A stretch of 64,000 nt of DNA from an uncultured Bacteroides sp. (lineage in GTDB: Bacteria; Bacteroidota; Bacteroidia; Bacteroidales; Muribaculaceae), in the NCBI GenBank assembly GCA_964456545.1, contig CAYWAM010000001.1, positions 159,809-223,808 of the forward strand, written 5' to 3'. A program made the translations under genes and the position numbers. A model generated the notes under the pieces. That model was not told where the DNA came from. It saw only the letters and a list, made by a program, of their open reading frames with translations, and made no database searches. Below, piece by piece: positions 17,047 through 27,945 of this stretch. Every line of letters begins with the position of its first letter. The first letter of the stretch is position 1.

Positions 17047-19449
17047 ATGAATAACAACGATAATCATGCCCCCGTAGTGCAGATCGGGCGCTTCGAAATC
17101 AATTCTCAAGATTTCAACGCCGACCCACAACCTGACGACCTGCCCATTATTGCCACCCGCAACCTTGTTCTCTTTCCGGGTGTCACCATACCCATCTCCC
17201 TCGGCCGAGAAGCCTCTCTGAAAGTAGCAAATATTGCTTCCGAAAAGCATATTCCTGTCGGTATCGTATGCCAAACGAATCCCGAACAGGAGTCACCTTC
17301 AGTCACCGGTGGTCTATGCCGCTATGGTGTCATCGCTGATATATACCAAGTGATAGAGCTTCCCGACGGCAGCCACACCGCATTGGTTCACGGCCGCGAC
17401 CGCATCCGTATTCTTGGCCGCGGCGCAGGCACACTCATCCCGGGCACACTCTCGGCCCGCGTCAAAATCCTGAAAGACACCGAACCGGCCAACAAAGAGG
17501 AATTTGACGCTACCGTAGAGCGCATCTCACAAATTAGCAACGAAATTATCGCCAGCCACCAAGGAGGCGACCAAAGCTTCGCAACCTTCGTAAAAGGCAT
17601 CGAAGAGCCTCTGCAGCGCATGCACTTCATTGCTACAAACTTTCCGGTTGATACTCCCGAAAAGATTAAATTACTCGGAATCACCGACCTTCAGAAGCGT
17701 GCGCTAGAGCTTCTAGCCATGCTCATGACCGACCGCGAACGCCTCAGCGTAGCCCAGGACATCCTCGAAAAAGCAGGCCAGCGCATGAAGGACAATCAGC
17801 GCTCAACCTACTTGCAGATGCAGCTCGACACAATTAAGGAAGAGCTATACGGCACGGCCGACGACGAGGACGATTTCGAGTCGCTCGAACGCCGTGCTCG
17901 CGCAGCCAACTTTCCTAAGAACGTAGCTGATATCTTCAACAAAGAAGTCGGAAAATTGCGCCGTCTCAATCCTTCTACGCCCGACTACTCCGTACAATAC
18001 GCATATTTGGAGACACTGCTTGAGCTACCATGGCACAAGCAGACCAAGACTTCGTCGGACATTGGCTTCGCACGCCAAGTACTCGAAGACGATCACTACG
18101 GCCTCGAGAAAATCAAACAACGCATCCTCGAACAAATCGCCGTAGTGCTAAACAATCCGCAAGCCAAAGCTCCGATTCTCTGCCTCGTAGGACCTCCCGG
18201 CGTAGGCAAGACTTCGCTTGGCCGCTCTATTGCAAAAGCCATGGGCCGCAAATATCAGCGTGTGTCGCTCGGCGGATTGCATGATGAAGCCGAAATACGT
18301 GGTCATCGACGCACATATATCGGAGCCATGCCCGGCCGCATCATCAAGGCTATGAAAAATGCAGGCACCACCAATCCCGTGCTGCTACTCGACGAAATCG
18401 ACAAACTCGGTCAAGACTACAAAGGCGACCCCTCGTCGGCTCTGCTCGAAGTACTCGACCCCGAACAGAATATCGCTTTCCACGATAACTATATCGACCT
18501 TGACTACGACCTGTCGGGTGTACTTTTTATTGCGACAGCCAACTCTCTCTCGCCCATAGCCGCTCCATTGCTCGACCGCATGGAAATCATCAACCTCAGC
18601 GGCTATCTGCCGGAGGAGAAAATCGTCATAGCTCGTCGACACCTGCTACCAAAGGCTCTTGAAATTAATGGTCTAAAAGGCGACTTACCATTTGAGCTAC
18701 CCGACGAAACCATCAACGCTCTCATAGACAACTACACAGCCGAAAGCGGTGTACGTCAGCTCGAGAAGCAGCTTGCAGCTCTTGTTCGTAAATACATCCT
18801 AGCCACACTGTCGAAAGAAGAATTCCCGGCCATCGTACGCCCCGAAGATTTGCGTCCGATGCTAGGCTTGCCATTATATACGAAAGACAAATACGAAGGC
18901 AATGACTTCACCGGTGTGGTTACTGGTTTGGCGTGGACTCAGGTCGGTGGCGAAATCCTACTTGCCGAAGCATCACTATCGCCCGGCAAGGGCGACCGCC
19001 TCACAATAACCGGCAACCTAGGCGACGTAATGAAGGAGTCGGCAACCATCGCCTTGCAGTGGGTTAAAGCCAATAGCCAAGCTATAGGCATCGACCCTAC
19101 CCGCTTCGAGCAAAACAACCTGCACATCCACTTCCCCGAAGGCGCCATACCCAAAGATGGCCCGTCGGCAGGCATTACTATTGCAACAGCAATTGTATCG
19201 GCATTCACCGACCGCAAAGTAGCTGAACGCATCGCTATGACCGGCGAAATAACACTACGAGGAAAGGTTCTGCCCGTAGGTGGCATCAAGGAGAAAATAC
19301 TCGCAGCTAAGCGTGCCGGCATCGACACCATCATCCTCAGCAGTGAAAACCGCCGCGATATCGAAGATATCGATCAAGCATACCGCGAAGGTTTGAGCTT
19401 CGTCTATGTCGAAACAATGTCGGACGTCATTGCCAGAGCTATCATTTAA
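17047..19449 (+). CDS. lon: ATP-dependent Lon protease (endopeptidase La)
   Basis: 800 aa. It has a LON N-domain, the Walker A motif GPPGVGKTS, and the protease-domain sequence [14 protein letters not shown] containing the catalytic Ser. Confidence 0.97.
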   Translation: MNNNDNHAPVVQIGRFEINSQDFNADPQPDDLPIIATRNLVLFPGVTIPISLGREASLKVANIASEKHIPVGIVCQTNPEQESPSVTGGLCRYGVIADIYQVIELPDGSHTALVHGRDRIRILGRGAGTLIPGTLSARVKILKDTEPANKEEFDATVERISQISNEIIASHQGGDQSFATFVKGIEEPLQRMHFIATNFPVDTPEKIKLLGITDLQKRALELLAMLMTDRERLSVAQDILEKAGQRMKDNQRSTYLQMQLDTIKEELYGTADDEDDFESLERRARAANFPKNVADIFNKEVGKLRRLNPSTPDYSVQYAYLETLLELPWHKQTKTSSDIGFARQVLEDDHYGLEKIKQRILEQIAVVLNNPQAKAPILCLVGPPGVGKTSLGRSIAKAMGRKYQRVSLGGLHDEAEIRGHRRTYIGAMPGRIIKAMKNAGTTNPVLLLDEIDKLGQDYKGDPSSALLEVLDPEQNIAFHDNYIDLDYDLSGVLFIATANSLSPIAAPLLDRMEIINLSGYLPEEKIVIARRHLLPKALEINGLKGDLPFELPDETINALIDNYTAESGVRQLEKQLAALVRKYILATLSKEEFPAIVRPEDLRPMLGLPLYTKDKYEGNDFTGVVTGLAWTQVGGEILLAEASLSPGKGDRLTITGNLGDVMKESATIALQWVKANSQAIGIDPTRFEQNNLHIHFPEGAIPKDGPSAGITIATAIVSAFTDRKVAERIAMTGEITLRGKVLPVGGIKEKILAAKRAGIDTIILSSENRRDIEDIDQAYREGLSFVYVETMSDVIARAII

Positions 19450-19471
19450 ACACTGGCATCTTGTAGACAAT

Positions 19472-19502
19472 AAAAAAAGCGCGAATCATCGCGCTTTTTT
19501 TT
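19472..19502. terminator. Bidirectional intrinsic terminator between convergent lon and aguB
   Basis: An A-run, AGCGCGA-atca-TCGCGCT, then a T-run of about 10 nt. The structure is symmetric, so it could serve both strands. Confidence 0.8.
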
Positions 19503-19509
19503 ATGTTTA

Positions 19510-20394
19510 TCAATCGATAAATCTGCGTGTCAGGTCAGCATAATCGTCGATTCGACGGTCGCGCAAGAAAGGCCACCAACGGCGTACCTGCTCCGACCGT
19601 TCGAGGTCTACTTCAACTACTGTCTCGACTTCCTTATCGAACGGTGCACGATATAGAAACTCGCCTTGCGGTCCGGCGACAAAACTACCTCCCCAAAATT
19701 GAATACCATCAGTAGCACCCGATGGGTCAGGTTCGAAACCGACACGGTTAACTGTCACTACCGGCAATCCGTTGGCCACAGCATGGCCTCGTTGCACCGT
19801 GGTCCATGCTTCAAGCTGACGAGCCTGCTCATCAGGTGTATCAGCACTTGCCCATCCGATAGCTGTCGGATAAATCAGCATCTCTGCACCGGCCAAAGCC
19901 ATCAAGCGGGCTGCTTCGGGATACCACTGATCCCAACATACAAGTACACCTAAGCGTCCAAGCGATGTATCTATTGGCTTAAAGCCCATGTCGCCAGGCG
20001 TAAAATAGAATTTTTCGTAGTAAGCAGGATCATCCGGAATGTGCATCTTTCGATAACGGCCGGCCTCCGAGCCATCGCTATCGAACACCACAGCTGTGTT
20101 ATGGTACAAACCGGGAGCTCTGCGTTCAAATACAGAAGTCACTAGCACCACTTTAAGGCTCGCTGCTAGCTCGCTGTAAGCCTTCATTGCCTCGGAATCA
20201 AGCGCCACAGCCTGATCAAATGTATCAACGTCTTCGGTCTGACAGAAGTATAGACCATCGTGAAGCTCTTGATTAACAATCAGCTGCGCTCCTTCAGCCA
20301 CAAGTTTGGATGCCTTTTCAGCCAATCGACGACGATTATCGGTGATATCTGCCGTGTTATGTTGTTGAATTAAGCCAATTCTAATTTTTCTCAT
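19510..20394 (-). CDS. aguB: N-carbamoylputrescine amidase (carbon-nitrogen hydrolase family)
   Basis: MRKIRIGLIQQ..KMHIPDDPAYYEKFYFTPGD..VLVCWDQWYPE contains the catalytic Cys motif. The track start at 20478 is GTG. The ATG at 20394 makes an ATGA overlap with the aguA stop. Confidence 0.88.
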   Translation of the reverse strand: MRKIRIGLIQQHNTADITDNRRRLAEKASKLVAEGAQLIVNQELHDGLYFCQTEDVDTFDQAVALDSEAMKAYSELAASLKVVLVTSVFERRAPGLYHNTAVVFDSDGSEAGRYRKMHIPDDPAYYEKFYFTPGDMGFKPIDTSLGRLGVLVCWDQWYPEAARLMALAGAEMLIYPTAIGWASADTPDEQARQLEAWTTVQRGHAVANGLPVVTVNRVGFEPDPSGATDGIQFWGGSFVAGPQGEFLYRAPFDKEVETVVEVDLERSEQVRRWWPFLRDRRIDDYADLTRRFID

Positions 20395-21437
20395 AAGGGT
20401 AAAGTGTTGTTGGGTAGTTGCATAGTCGAGCAGTGGAGCGAGCCATGCTGACGAATCAGTGCACGGCAATCGATACACTCAACTACGTGATCGGGGAATG
20501 CAATTTTCATAGTCATTTCAGCCAGCATATCCTTTTGCGGTTGACCATAAATGGGAAGCAAAATCGCATCGTTTACGACAAGATAATTAGCGTAAGTTGC
20601 AGGCAATCGCTGTCCATCTTCATCGTAAATAGGATCGGGCAATGGCAATTCGACCAAATTATACGGACGTCCGTCGGGTGTACGGAAACTCTGCAAACGC
20701 TCAAGCATAGCTTCAAGCGAAGCCGACTGCGCATCAGACTCATCTGCGGCATGGGCGGCCGTGTATAGAATTGTATCGTTAGGCGCTAAGCGAGCCAGAG
20801 TATCGATGTGTCCGTCAGTATCATCACCTTCGAGCCATCCACTATCAAGCCACAAAAAGTGACTTACGCCCAAATCACGGGTAAGGCGACTCTCAACGTC
20901 GGCACGTGTAGCGCCATTGCGTGTTGCAGTTAACATCACTGAGTCGGTAGTAAGCAGCGTGCCACGGCCATCAGTCTCAATGCCACCGCCTTCAAGTACG
21001 AAATCAAGGCAATCGTTGTAAGTCCCGCAGAGCACGCCGCGCTCAAACAGGAGCCGCGTTGCTGCATTGTCGCTCTCTGCCCCGAATTTATCGCCCCATG
21101 CATTGAAGCGATAATCATTTATTACAGGGCGGCCATCGGCGTCGAAAGTCGTAATCGGACCATAATCGCGCGTCCAAGTGTCATTCGTCGGCAAGTCGAT
21201 AAGAACCAGCCTCGATTTGTCTATGTCGCTAAATCTCGTGCGCAAAGTCGACGTATCGGGAGCAATCACCACAGCGACTGCATGGCGAGCAACCGCTCGA
21301 ATCATATCGTCGAAGCAATTCTCAACTTCTGGAAGCATATAGTTCCAATCAGTTGCTGCATGCGGCCACGCGAGCAATACGCCCTGCGTAGGCTCCCACT
21401 CGGCCGGCATCCGTACTTTTGATTTGTTACTCATCAT
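20391..21437 (-). CDS. aguA: Agmatine deiminase
   Basis: MPAEWEPTQGVLLAWPH..WTRDYGP..GSLHCSTMQ contains the catalytic Cys and is typical of agmatine deiminase. Confidence 0.92.
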   Translation of the reverse strand: MMSNKSKVRMPAEWEPTQGVLLAWPHAATDWNYMLPEVENCFDDMIRAVARHAVAVVIAPDTSTLRTRFSDIDKSRLVLIDLPTNDTWTRDYGPITTFDADGRPVINDYRFNAWGDKFGAESDNAATRLLFERGVLCGTYNDCLDFVLEGGGIETDGRGTLLTTDSVMLTATRNGATRADVESRLTRDLGVSHFLWLDSGWLEGDDTDGHIDTLARLAPNDTILYTAAHAADESDAQSASLEAMLERLQSFRTPDGRPYNLVELPLPDPIYDEDGQRLPATYANYLVVNDAILLPIYGQPQKDMLAEMTMKIAFPDHVVECIDCRALIRQHGSLHCSTMQLPNNTLPL

Positions 21438-21660
21438 AATCGTTCAGCGATTGCCACACTTCGTTGTTTTCTGTGACATATTCATTACAAAAATCCTTAA
21501 AGCCGTTCTTCTCGCTGCTGCCAACCTCGTGGCACCAATCTCTATAGAGAAGGCGGAGGTCTTCATCCTCTGCAATAGCTCGTTTGAAGTCTGATTCCGC
21601 GATATCAATGCTTTTATGGTTTTCAAGCAGGCTTATAAAATAGTCTCTTATATCATCCAT
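21427..21660 (-). CDS. Hypothetical acidic 77-aa protein
   Basis: The ORF has a -7 box 31 nt upstream, and its 3' end overlaps the aguA start by 8-11 nt. I do not recognise a domain. Confidence 0.55.
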   Translation of the reverse strand: MDDIRDYFISLLENHKSIDIAESDFKRAIAEDEDLRLLYRDWCHEVGSSEKNGFKDFCNEYVTENNEVWQSLNDYDE

Positions 21661-21691
21661 TTCGTTTTATTGAAGATGAAAATAATATTTG

Positions 21692-21699
21692 CAAAGTTA
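21692..21699 (-). promoter_or_regulatory. -7 promoter box for the small-ORF/aguA/aguB operon
   Basis: The minus strand reads TAACTTTG, 31 nt upstream of the ATG at 21660. Confidence 0.5.
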
Positions 21700-21805
21700 T
21701 ACATTATTTTGAATAGACACCTTGCCGATAGTCTATTTTTTAGTTAAATAAACCTTTTGCCAGTCAAGCTTGTTGTTAATATAAATAAAAAGAACACACG
21801 CTAAT

Positions 21806-22432
21806 ATGAAAAAGATTTTGTTACTGACTGCCTTTGCAGCCGCTTTGCTGGTCACGGCCTGCAGCCCGTTCACGCTCGTAAACAGCGAGACATACAACGA
21901 TGCTAACTTACAAGAGTATAAAACTTTCCGAATAGTGTCACCGGCCGACGGCGACCTACCTCCCGGCATGCAGCTAGTAACATACTACAACATAGCAGCA
22001 GCCATCCGCGAACAGATGATAATTCGTGGATTCACTGAAGCGTCAAACTCACCGCTACTTATCAACATTGGTCTTACCGTTCACCGTGAAATTGAGACAG
22101 AACCGGCCCTACCTCCAGGCTACCCTCCTTACCCAGGTCCATACTACGGCGGCTACTACCCCTACTTTATTTACCCACGCAGTTTCTATTGGAGCAACTA
22201 CTATGCCAATGCGCAAGTAATAACCGGTATATATAAAGAAGGTGTACTGACGATGGACATGGTGAATATTGATACCAAAATACCTCTATTTTCAGCATCT
22301 GTATCGACAATTCTCGAGAATGGCAATGCTCAGTTTCGCAACCTTTCAGGCATTGCCGAGGCCGTTCAGACTCTGTTTTCGAAATTCCCCGTACCCGTCG
22401 AGCCTCAATACTTAGCCGTGAAAAAAGATTAA
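21806..22432 (+). CDS. Lipoprotein, DUF4136-like, with a Pro/Tyr-rich insert
   Basis: The lipobox is MKKILLLTAFAAALLVTAC. The overall pattern resembles DUF4136 lipoproteins. The internal insert reads PPGYPPYPGPYYGGYYPYFIYP. Confidence 0.6.
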   Translation: MKKILLLTAFAAALLVTACSPFTLVNSETYNDANLQEYKTFRIVSPADGDLPPGMQLVTYYNIAAAIREQMIIRGFTEASNSPLLINIGLTVHREIETEPALPPGYPPYPGPYYGGYYPYFIYPRSFYWSNYYANAQVITGIYKEGVLTMDMVNIDTKIPLFSASVSTILENGNAQFRNLSGIAEAVQTLFSKFPVPVEPQYLAVKKD

Positions 22433-22463
22433 TTATTTATCAGACGTTGCAAAGATTGTCGTT

Positions 22464-22503
22464 GAGCGCCGAGACACCAAAAGTCGGCGCTCTTTTCGTT
22501 TTT
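22464..22503 (+). terminator. Intrinsic terminator after the DUF4136-like gene
   Basis: GAGCGCCGA-loop-TCGGCGCTC is followed by TTTTCGTTTTT. Confidence 0.75.
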
Positions 22504-22705
22504 AGCTCAACCAACCGCAAACTACACTTGCGCTGCTGCACGTTGTTGTAATACAAATACACTTAAGTAAATAGTCATACATATACCGATATAGTCACAC
22601 AATTTTGTATATTCCGCATCAATGATATGGGAGCGTTTCTAATATGTTTTTTACGCACATTTTTGTGTATAATGCGATTTATTTGCAATTTAAAATAAAA
22701 AGTTA

Positions 22706-22713
22706 TACCTTTG
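22706..22713 (+). promoter_or_regulatory. -7 promoter box for mutAB
   Basis: TACCTTTG lies 93 nt upstream of the mutA ATG. Confidence 0.45.
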
Positions 22714-22806
22714 CCTAATCGAAAAACACGCCATTGTGCGACTTTAAAATTAAATCTACTACCAACAGATATTAACTACACTTAAATCAAATATAACTAC
22801 CAAGTT

Positions 22807-24660
22807 ATGGCAGAAAAAACAGAAAAATTGTTCGACCAGTTTCCAGGCATAAGCTACGAAGAGTGGCGTGCTAAAGTCGAAGCCGATTTGAAAGGCGCTG
22901 ACTTTGAAAAGAAGCTGGTATGGCGCACAAACGAAGGCTTCAACGTGCAGCCAATATATCGCGCCGAAGACATCGCAGACCTTAAAACAACTGACTCGCT
23001 GCCGGGTGAATTTCCCTATGTACGCGGCACTCGCACCGACAACAATTGGCTTACACGCCAAGAGATTATCGCCGGTTCCCCAAAAGAAGCTAACGCAATC
23101 GCTCTCGATGTTCTCACCAAGGGTGTAAACTCGCTCGGCTTCAAAGTCGAAGAGCCCACTGTGGAAACTATCGCCACACTACTCGAAGGCATCGATTTGA
23201 ATGCTGTTGAGATCAACTTTACATCGTGTCAACGCCGAGTTGTCGAACTGGCCACAGCTCTCGTAGAATACCTCAAAGCACACGGCGCAGTTGCCAACTT
23301 CAAGGGTTCTATTGACTTCAACCCGCTCAAGCCTGCTTTCCGCCACGGCAAGCAGCTCGACATCAATGCAGTCGTAGAAAAGACAAAGCAAATCCTCAAC
23401 ATCGTCAAAGACGTGCCCGCGCTGAAAGTACTTTCAGTCAATAGCGACGCACTCTCTAATGCCGGTGCATATATCTACCAAGAACTCGGCTATGCCCTTG
23501 CTTGGGGTGCCGATTGGCTCACTCTGCTTACCGAAGCAGGCCTTGCAGTCGACGAAATAGCTGCCCGCATTAAATTCAACATGGGCATCTCGTCGAACTA
23601 CTTCATGGAATTGGCAAAATTCCGCGCCGCTCGCATGCTTTGGGCTCAAATCGTAGACCAGTACAAGCCTGCATCGGCCGACAGCGCCAAGATGCACGTT
23701 CACGCTTCGACCTCGCGTTTCAACCAAACCGTATTCGACGCATACGTAAACCTGCTGCGTAGCCAGACCGAAACAATGTCGGCAGCTCTTGCCGGTGTCG
23801 ATTCAATTACCACAACTCCGTTCGACACACCCTATAAGACTCCCGATGCATTCTCCGAACGCATCGCCCGCAACCAGCAATTCCTCCTCAAGGAAGAAAG
23901 CCACCTCGACAAAGTTATCGACCCCGCCGGTGGTAGCTACTACGTGGAGACGCTAACCGTGTCAATTGCCAAAGAAGCATGGAAACTATTCCTGCAAACA
24001 GTCGATGAAGGCGGCTTCTTCGCCCTTGCATCTGCTGGCAAGATTCAAGATGCCGTAAACGCATCATGCGAAAAGCGCCACACCGACGTTGCCCGCCGCA
24101 AAGAAGTGCTATTGGGCACCAATCAGTATCCTAATATCACCGAGATGGCCGACGACAAGATCGTCAAAGGCGAATCATGCAAATGCTGCTGTGGCGGTGA
24201 AGAACCGGCCGACGGACACAAGCTCTGCAACAAACGTGCTGCTAGCGACTTTGAAGAGCTACGCCTCGCAACCGAAGCAGCCGCCAACCGCCCGAAAGTA
24301 TTCATGCTCACTATCGGCAACCTGGCTATGCGCCTGGCTCGCGCTCAGTTCTCGACAAACTTCTTCGGCTGTGCCGGCTATGAAATCATCGACAACCTTG
24401 GCTTCGAAACCGTGGAACAAGGCGTAGACGCCGCTCTCGAAAAAGGCGCCGACATCATCGTCCTCTGCTCGAGCGACGACGAATACGCTACACTCGCTCC
24501 TGAAGCATACAAGTACCTCGACGGCCGCGCAGAATTCGTTGTAGCAGGCAACCCCGCTTGCGCTGAAGAGCTCAAAGCCGTAGGTATAAAAGACTTCGTT
24601 CACGTTCGCGTCAACGTTCTCGACACCCTTCGCGACTTCAATGCACGTCTTCTTAAATAA
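22807..24660 (+). CDS. mutA: Methylmalonyl-CoA mutase small (beta) subunit
   Basis: The 617-aa sequence is homologous along its length to the following mutase gene, but its C-terminal domain lacks the DxHxxG cobalamin-ligand motif. Confidence 0.9.
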   Translation: MAEKTEKLFDQFPGISYEEWRAKVEADLKGADFEKKLVWRTNEGFNVQPIYRAEDIADLKTTDSLPGEFPYVRGTRTDNNWLTRQEIIAGSPKEANAIALDVLTKGVNSLGFKVEEPTVETIATLLEGIDLNAVEINFTSCQRRVVELATALVEYLKAHGAVANFKGSIDFNPLKPAFRHGKQLDINAVVEKTKQILNIVKDVPALKVLSVNSDALSNAGAYIYQELGYALAWGADWLTLLTEAGLAVDEIAARIKFNMGISSNYFMELAKFRAARMLWAQIVDQYKPASADSAKMHVHASTSRFNQTVFDAYVNLLRSQTETMSAALAGVDSITTTPFDTPYKTPDAFSERIARNQQFLLKEESHLDKVIDPAGGSYYVETLTVSIAKEAWKLFLQTVDEGGFFALASAGKIQDAVNASCEKRHTDVARRKEVLLGTNQYPNITEMADDKIVKGESCKCCCGGEEPADGHKLCNKRAASDFEELRLATEAAANRPKVFMLTIGNLAMRLARAQFSTNFFGCAGYEIIDNLGFETVEQGVDAALEKGADIIVLCSSDDEYATLAPEAYKYLDGRAEFVVAGNPACAEELKAVGIKDFVHVRVNVLDTLRDFNARLLK

Positions 24661-24678
24661 CAAAGTCACTACACAGTC

Positions 24679-26814
24679 ATGAGACCCGATTTCAATAAAA
24701 TAGATATCACAAATGATTCATTCGGCGCTCAGCACACTGCTGTAGCTGCCGCCGGCGAAGACTGGCTCACACCTGAGCTAATTCCCGTAAAACCAATTTA
24801 TACCAAGGACGACCTGCAGGGACTCGAACACCTCAACTACGTGTCGGGTATTCCTCCATTCCTTCGTGGCCCGTATAGCGCCATGTATCCGCTGCGTCCC
24901 TGGACCATCCGTCAGTATGCCGGTTTCTCGACAGCTGCCGAATCTAATGCCTTCTACCGCCGCAACCTTGCGTCAGGTCAGAAAGGCCTCTCAGTCGCTT
25001 TTGACCTCGCTACACACCGTGGCTACGACGCCGACCATCCTCGCGTAGTAGGCGACGTCGGCAAAGCCGGTGTATCGATATGCTCAATCGAAGACATGAA
25101 AGTGCTCTTCGACGGCATTCCTCTAAATAAGATGTCTGTATCAATGACCATGAATGGTGCCGTACTCCCCGTACTCGCATTCTACATCAATGCAGGTCTC
25201 GAACAAGGTGCCAAACTAGAAGAAATGGCCGGTACTATTCAGAACGACATCCTCAAGGAATTCATGGTGCGCAACACATATATCTATCCACCGGAATTCT
25301 CTATGCGCATCATCGCCGACATCTTCGAGTACACCTCGCAGAATATGCCCAAGTTCAACTCGATTTCAATTTCTGGCTACCATATGCAGGAAGCCGGCGC
25401 TACTTGCGACATCGAGCTGGCTTACACACTGGCCGACGGCCTCGAATACCTCCGCGCAGGCGTCAACGCCGGCATGGACATCGATGCCTTCGCTCCGCGT
25501 CTGTCGTTCTTCTGGGCTATCGGCATGAACTTCTTCATGGAAATCGCCAAGATGCGCGCCGCACGTATGCTGTGGGCCAAGATTGTAAAGCAATTCAACC
25601 CGAAGAACCCCAAATCGCTGGCTCTGCGTACACACTCACAGACCTCGGGCTGGTCGCTCACCGAGCAAGATCCCTTCAACAACGTAGGCCGCACATGTAT
25701 CGAAGCTATGGGCGCTGCCCTGGGCCACACCCAGTCGCTCCACACCAACGCACTCGACGAAGCTATCGCCCTGCCGACCGACTTCTCGGCTCGTATCGCT
25801 CGTAACACTCAGATTTATATTCAGGAAGAAACCATGGTCACCAAGCAAGTCGACCCCTGGGCCGGTTCTTACTACGTAGAAGCTCTCACCAACGAGATTG
25901 CTCACCGCGCATGGGAACACATCCAGGAAATCGAAAAGCTCGGCGGCATGGCCAAGGCTATCGAAACCGGTCTGCCCAAACTCCGCATCGAAGAAGCCGC
26001 TGCTCGCACTCAGGCACGCATTGACTCGGGTCGCCAGACCATCGTCGGCATCAACAAATACCGCCTCGAGCATGAAGATCCGATTGATATCCTCGAAATC
26101 GACAACACCCAGGTTCGCACCGAGCAAATCGAACGCCTCAACGAACTTCGTGGCGAACGCGACGAAGCCAAGGTAAAAGAAGCTCTCGCTGCAATTACCG
26201 AATGCGTTCGCACCAAGCAAGGCAACCTACTCGACCTCGCCGTCAAGGCTGCCAGCCTCCGTGCATCGCTGGGCGAAATTTCTGATGCCTGCGAAGAAGT
26301 CGTAGGCCGTTATAAAGCAGTAATCCGAACAATTTCAGGCGTGTATTCAGCAGAAACTAAGAACGACCCCGACTTCGTGCGCGCTCAGCAGATGTGCGCC
26401 GACTTCGCTAAGCGCGAAGGTCGCCAACCCCGTATCATGATTGCCAAGATGGGCCAGGACGGCCACGACCGCGGCGCCAAAGTTGTAGCAACAGGCTACG
26501 CCGACTGCGGCTTCGACGTCGACATGGGCCCGCTGTTCCAAACCCCGGCTGAAGCCGCTCGCCAGGCCGTCGAAAACGACGTGCATATCTTAGGTGTAAG
26601 CTCGCTGGCTGCAGGTCATAAGACACTCATCCCGCAGGTAATCGAAGAACTTAAGAAACTCGGCCGCGAAGATATCCTTGTCACCGCCGGCGGCGTAATC
26701 CCTGCGCAGGACTACGACTACCTCTACCAAGCCGGTGTAGCAGCCATCTTCGGCCCCGGCACACGTATTCCTCTGTCAGCCATCAAGATGCTCGAAATCC
26801 TCAACGAGGAATAA
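24679..26814 (+). CDS. mutB: Methylmalonyl-CoA mutase large (alpha) subunit, B12-dependent
   Basis: [45 protein letters not shown] is followed by the C-terminal B12-binding sequence [12 protein letters not shown] (DxHxxG). Confidence 0.96.
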   Translation: MRPDFNKIDITNDSFGAQHTAVAAAGEDWLTPELIPVKPIYTKDDLQGLEHLNYVSGIPPFLRGPYSAMYPLRPWTIRQYAGFSTAAESNAFYRRNLASGQKGLSVAFDLATHRGYDADHPRVVGDVGKAGVSICSIEDMKVLFDGIPLNKMSVSMTMNGAVLPVLAFYINAGLEQGAKLEEMAGTIQNDILKEFMVRNTYIYPPEFSMRIIADIFEYTSQNMPKFNSISISGYHMQEAGATCDIELAYTLADGLEYLRAGVNAGMDIDAFAPRLSFFWAIGMNFFMEIAKMRAARMLWAKIVKQFNPKNPKSLALRTHSQTSGWSLTEQDPFNNVGRTCIEAMGAALGHTQSLHTNALDEAIALPTDFSARIARNTQIYIQEETMVTKQVDPWAGSYYVEALTNEIAHRAWEHIQEIEKLGGMAKAIETGLPKLRIEEAAARTQARIDSGRQTIVGINKYRLEHEDPIDILEIDNTQVRTEQIERLNELRGERDEAKVKEALAAITECVRTKQGNLLDLAVKAASLRASLGEISDACEEVVGRYKAVIRTISGVYSAETKNDPDFVRAQQMCADFAKREGRQPRIMIAKMGQDGHDRGAKVVATGYADCGFDVDMGPLFQTPAEAARQAVENDVHILGVSSLAAGHKTLIPQVIEELKKLGREDILVTAGGVIPAQDYDYLYQAGVAAIFGPGTRIPLSAIKMLEILNEE

Positions 26815-26839
26815 GCGTCAACTAACTGACCAAATAAAC

Positions 26840-26895
26840 AGCACCCGCAAGTAAGCTCCGCCACTAGGAGCATCCTTGCGGGTGCTTTTATTTCC
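26840..26895 (+). terminator. Terminator after mutB
   Basis: AGCACCCGCAAG pairs with CTTGCGGGTGCT, a 12-bp stem with a 23-nt loop, followed by TTTATTT. Confidence 0.65.
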
Positions 26896-26921
26896 ATTGC
26901 CAGAATCGTCATCAAACATAA

Positions 26922-26952
26922 GCGCCTTGCCGATGCAAAACCGACAAGGCGC
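26922..26952 (-). terminator. Terminator-like hairpin after prs
   Basis: GCGCCTTG pairs with CAAGGCGC, an 8-bp stem, followed on the minus strand by UUAUGUUUG. It lies 25 nt after the prs stop. Confidence 0.5.
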
Positions 26953-26976
26953 CTATATATTAGAATTCGCAGCTAA

Positions 26977-27921
26977 TTACTTAATCAGATACTGCGACGA
27001 AATCGATTCGTTGTTATGCACGCGGCTGATGGTATCGGCAAAAAGTTTTGCAACCGACAGAATAGTGCACTTTGTGCAACCCTTGCTATAGGGTATAGAG
27101 TTTGTGAAAATCATTTCGCAAAGGCTGCACTGCTCAACACGATCAGTAGCAGGGTCGCTCATGATGGCATGCGAACAAAGTGCGCGAACACTCTTAGCGC
27201 CATTTTCCATCATCAGGTCAGCAGCCTTTGTGATTGTACCGGCTGTATCAACCATATCATCTACAAGAATCACGTTCTTGTCCTTAACATCACCAATAAC
27301 GGTCATATTAGCAACCACGTTTGCTTTAGCACGCTGCTTGTGGCAAAGTACCAAAGGCACATCGAGGTACTTAGCATAGCTGTTGGCTCGCTTTGCACCA
27401 CCTACGTCGGGCGTAGCTATAACCATGTTCTCAAGATTGAGCGACTGGATATATGGAATGAACACCGATGAAGCGTAAAGGTGATCGACAGGAACATTAA
27501 AGAAGCCCTGAATCTGGTCGGCATGAAGGTCCATGGTGATAACACGATCGACACCGGCAGTAACCAGCAGGTCAGATACGAGCTTGGCTGCAATCGATAC
27601 ACGCGGCTTATCTTTGCGGTCCTGACGTGCCCATCCGAAGTAAGGGATTACAGCGATAGTCGACTTAGCCGATGCACGCTTCGATGCGTCAATCATCAGC
27701 AAGAGTTCCATCAGATTGTCTGTGTTAGGGAATGTCGACTGAACCAGATAAACTTCGCAACCGCGAACTGATTCTTCGAACGATACTTCAAACTCACCGT
27801 CGGCAAAGTGTTGGATATTCATTTTACCGAGCTCAACGCCAAGTTCTTTACAAATTTCTTCGGCCATGTAGCGCGACTTGGTACCGGCGAAGATTTTGAA
27901 AGGGGGAAGATTGGATTCCAT
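26977..27921 (-). CDS. prs: Ribose-phosphate pyrophosphokinase
   Basis: KIFAGTKSRYMAEEICKELG..VITMDLHADQIQGFF..ILVDDMVDTAGT are canonical PRPP synthetase motifs. Confidence 0.96.
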   Translation of the reverse strand: MESNLPPFKIFAGTKSRYMAEEICKELGVELGKMNIQHFADGEFEVSFEESVRGCEVYLVQSTFPNTDNLMELLLMIDASKRASAKSTIAVIPYFGWARQDRKDKPRVSIAAKLVSDLLVTAGVDRVITMDLHADQIQGFFNVPVDHLYASSVFIPYIQSLNLENMVIATPDVGGAKRANSYAKYLDVPLVLCHKQRAKANVVANMTVIGDVKDKNVILVDDMVDTAGTITKAADLMMENGAKSVRALCSHAIMSDPATDRVEQCSLCEMIFTNSIPYSKGCTKCTILSVAKLFADTISRVHNNESISSQYLIK

Positions 27922-27945
27922 ATATATAAATGTGTAATGAATGAA

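Noticed and set aside
22433-22806. Possible cobalamin riboswitch upstream of the B12-dependent mutAB genes
   Set aside because: I scanned both the 374-nt region and the 93-nt predicted leader. I found no B12-box-like element (GCCACTG-type core with its flanking paired regions), only AT-rich sequence. A covariance-model search would be decisive.
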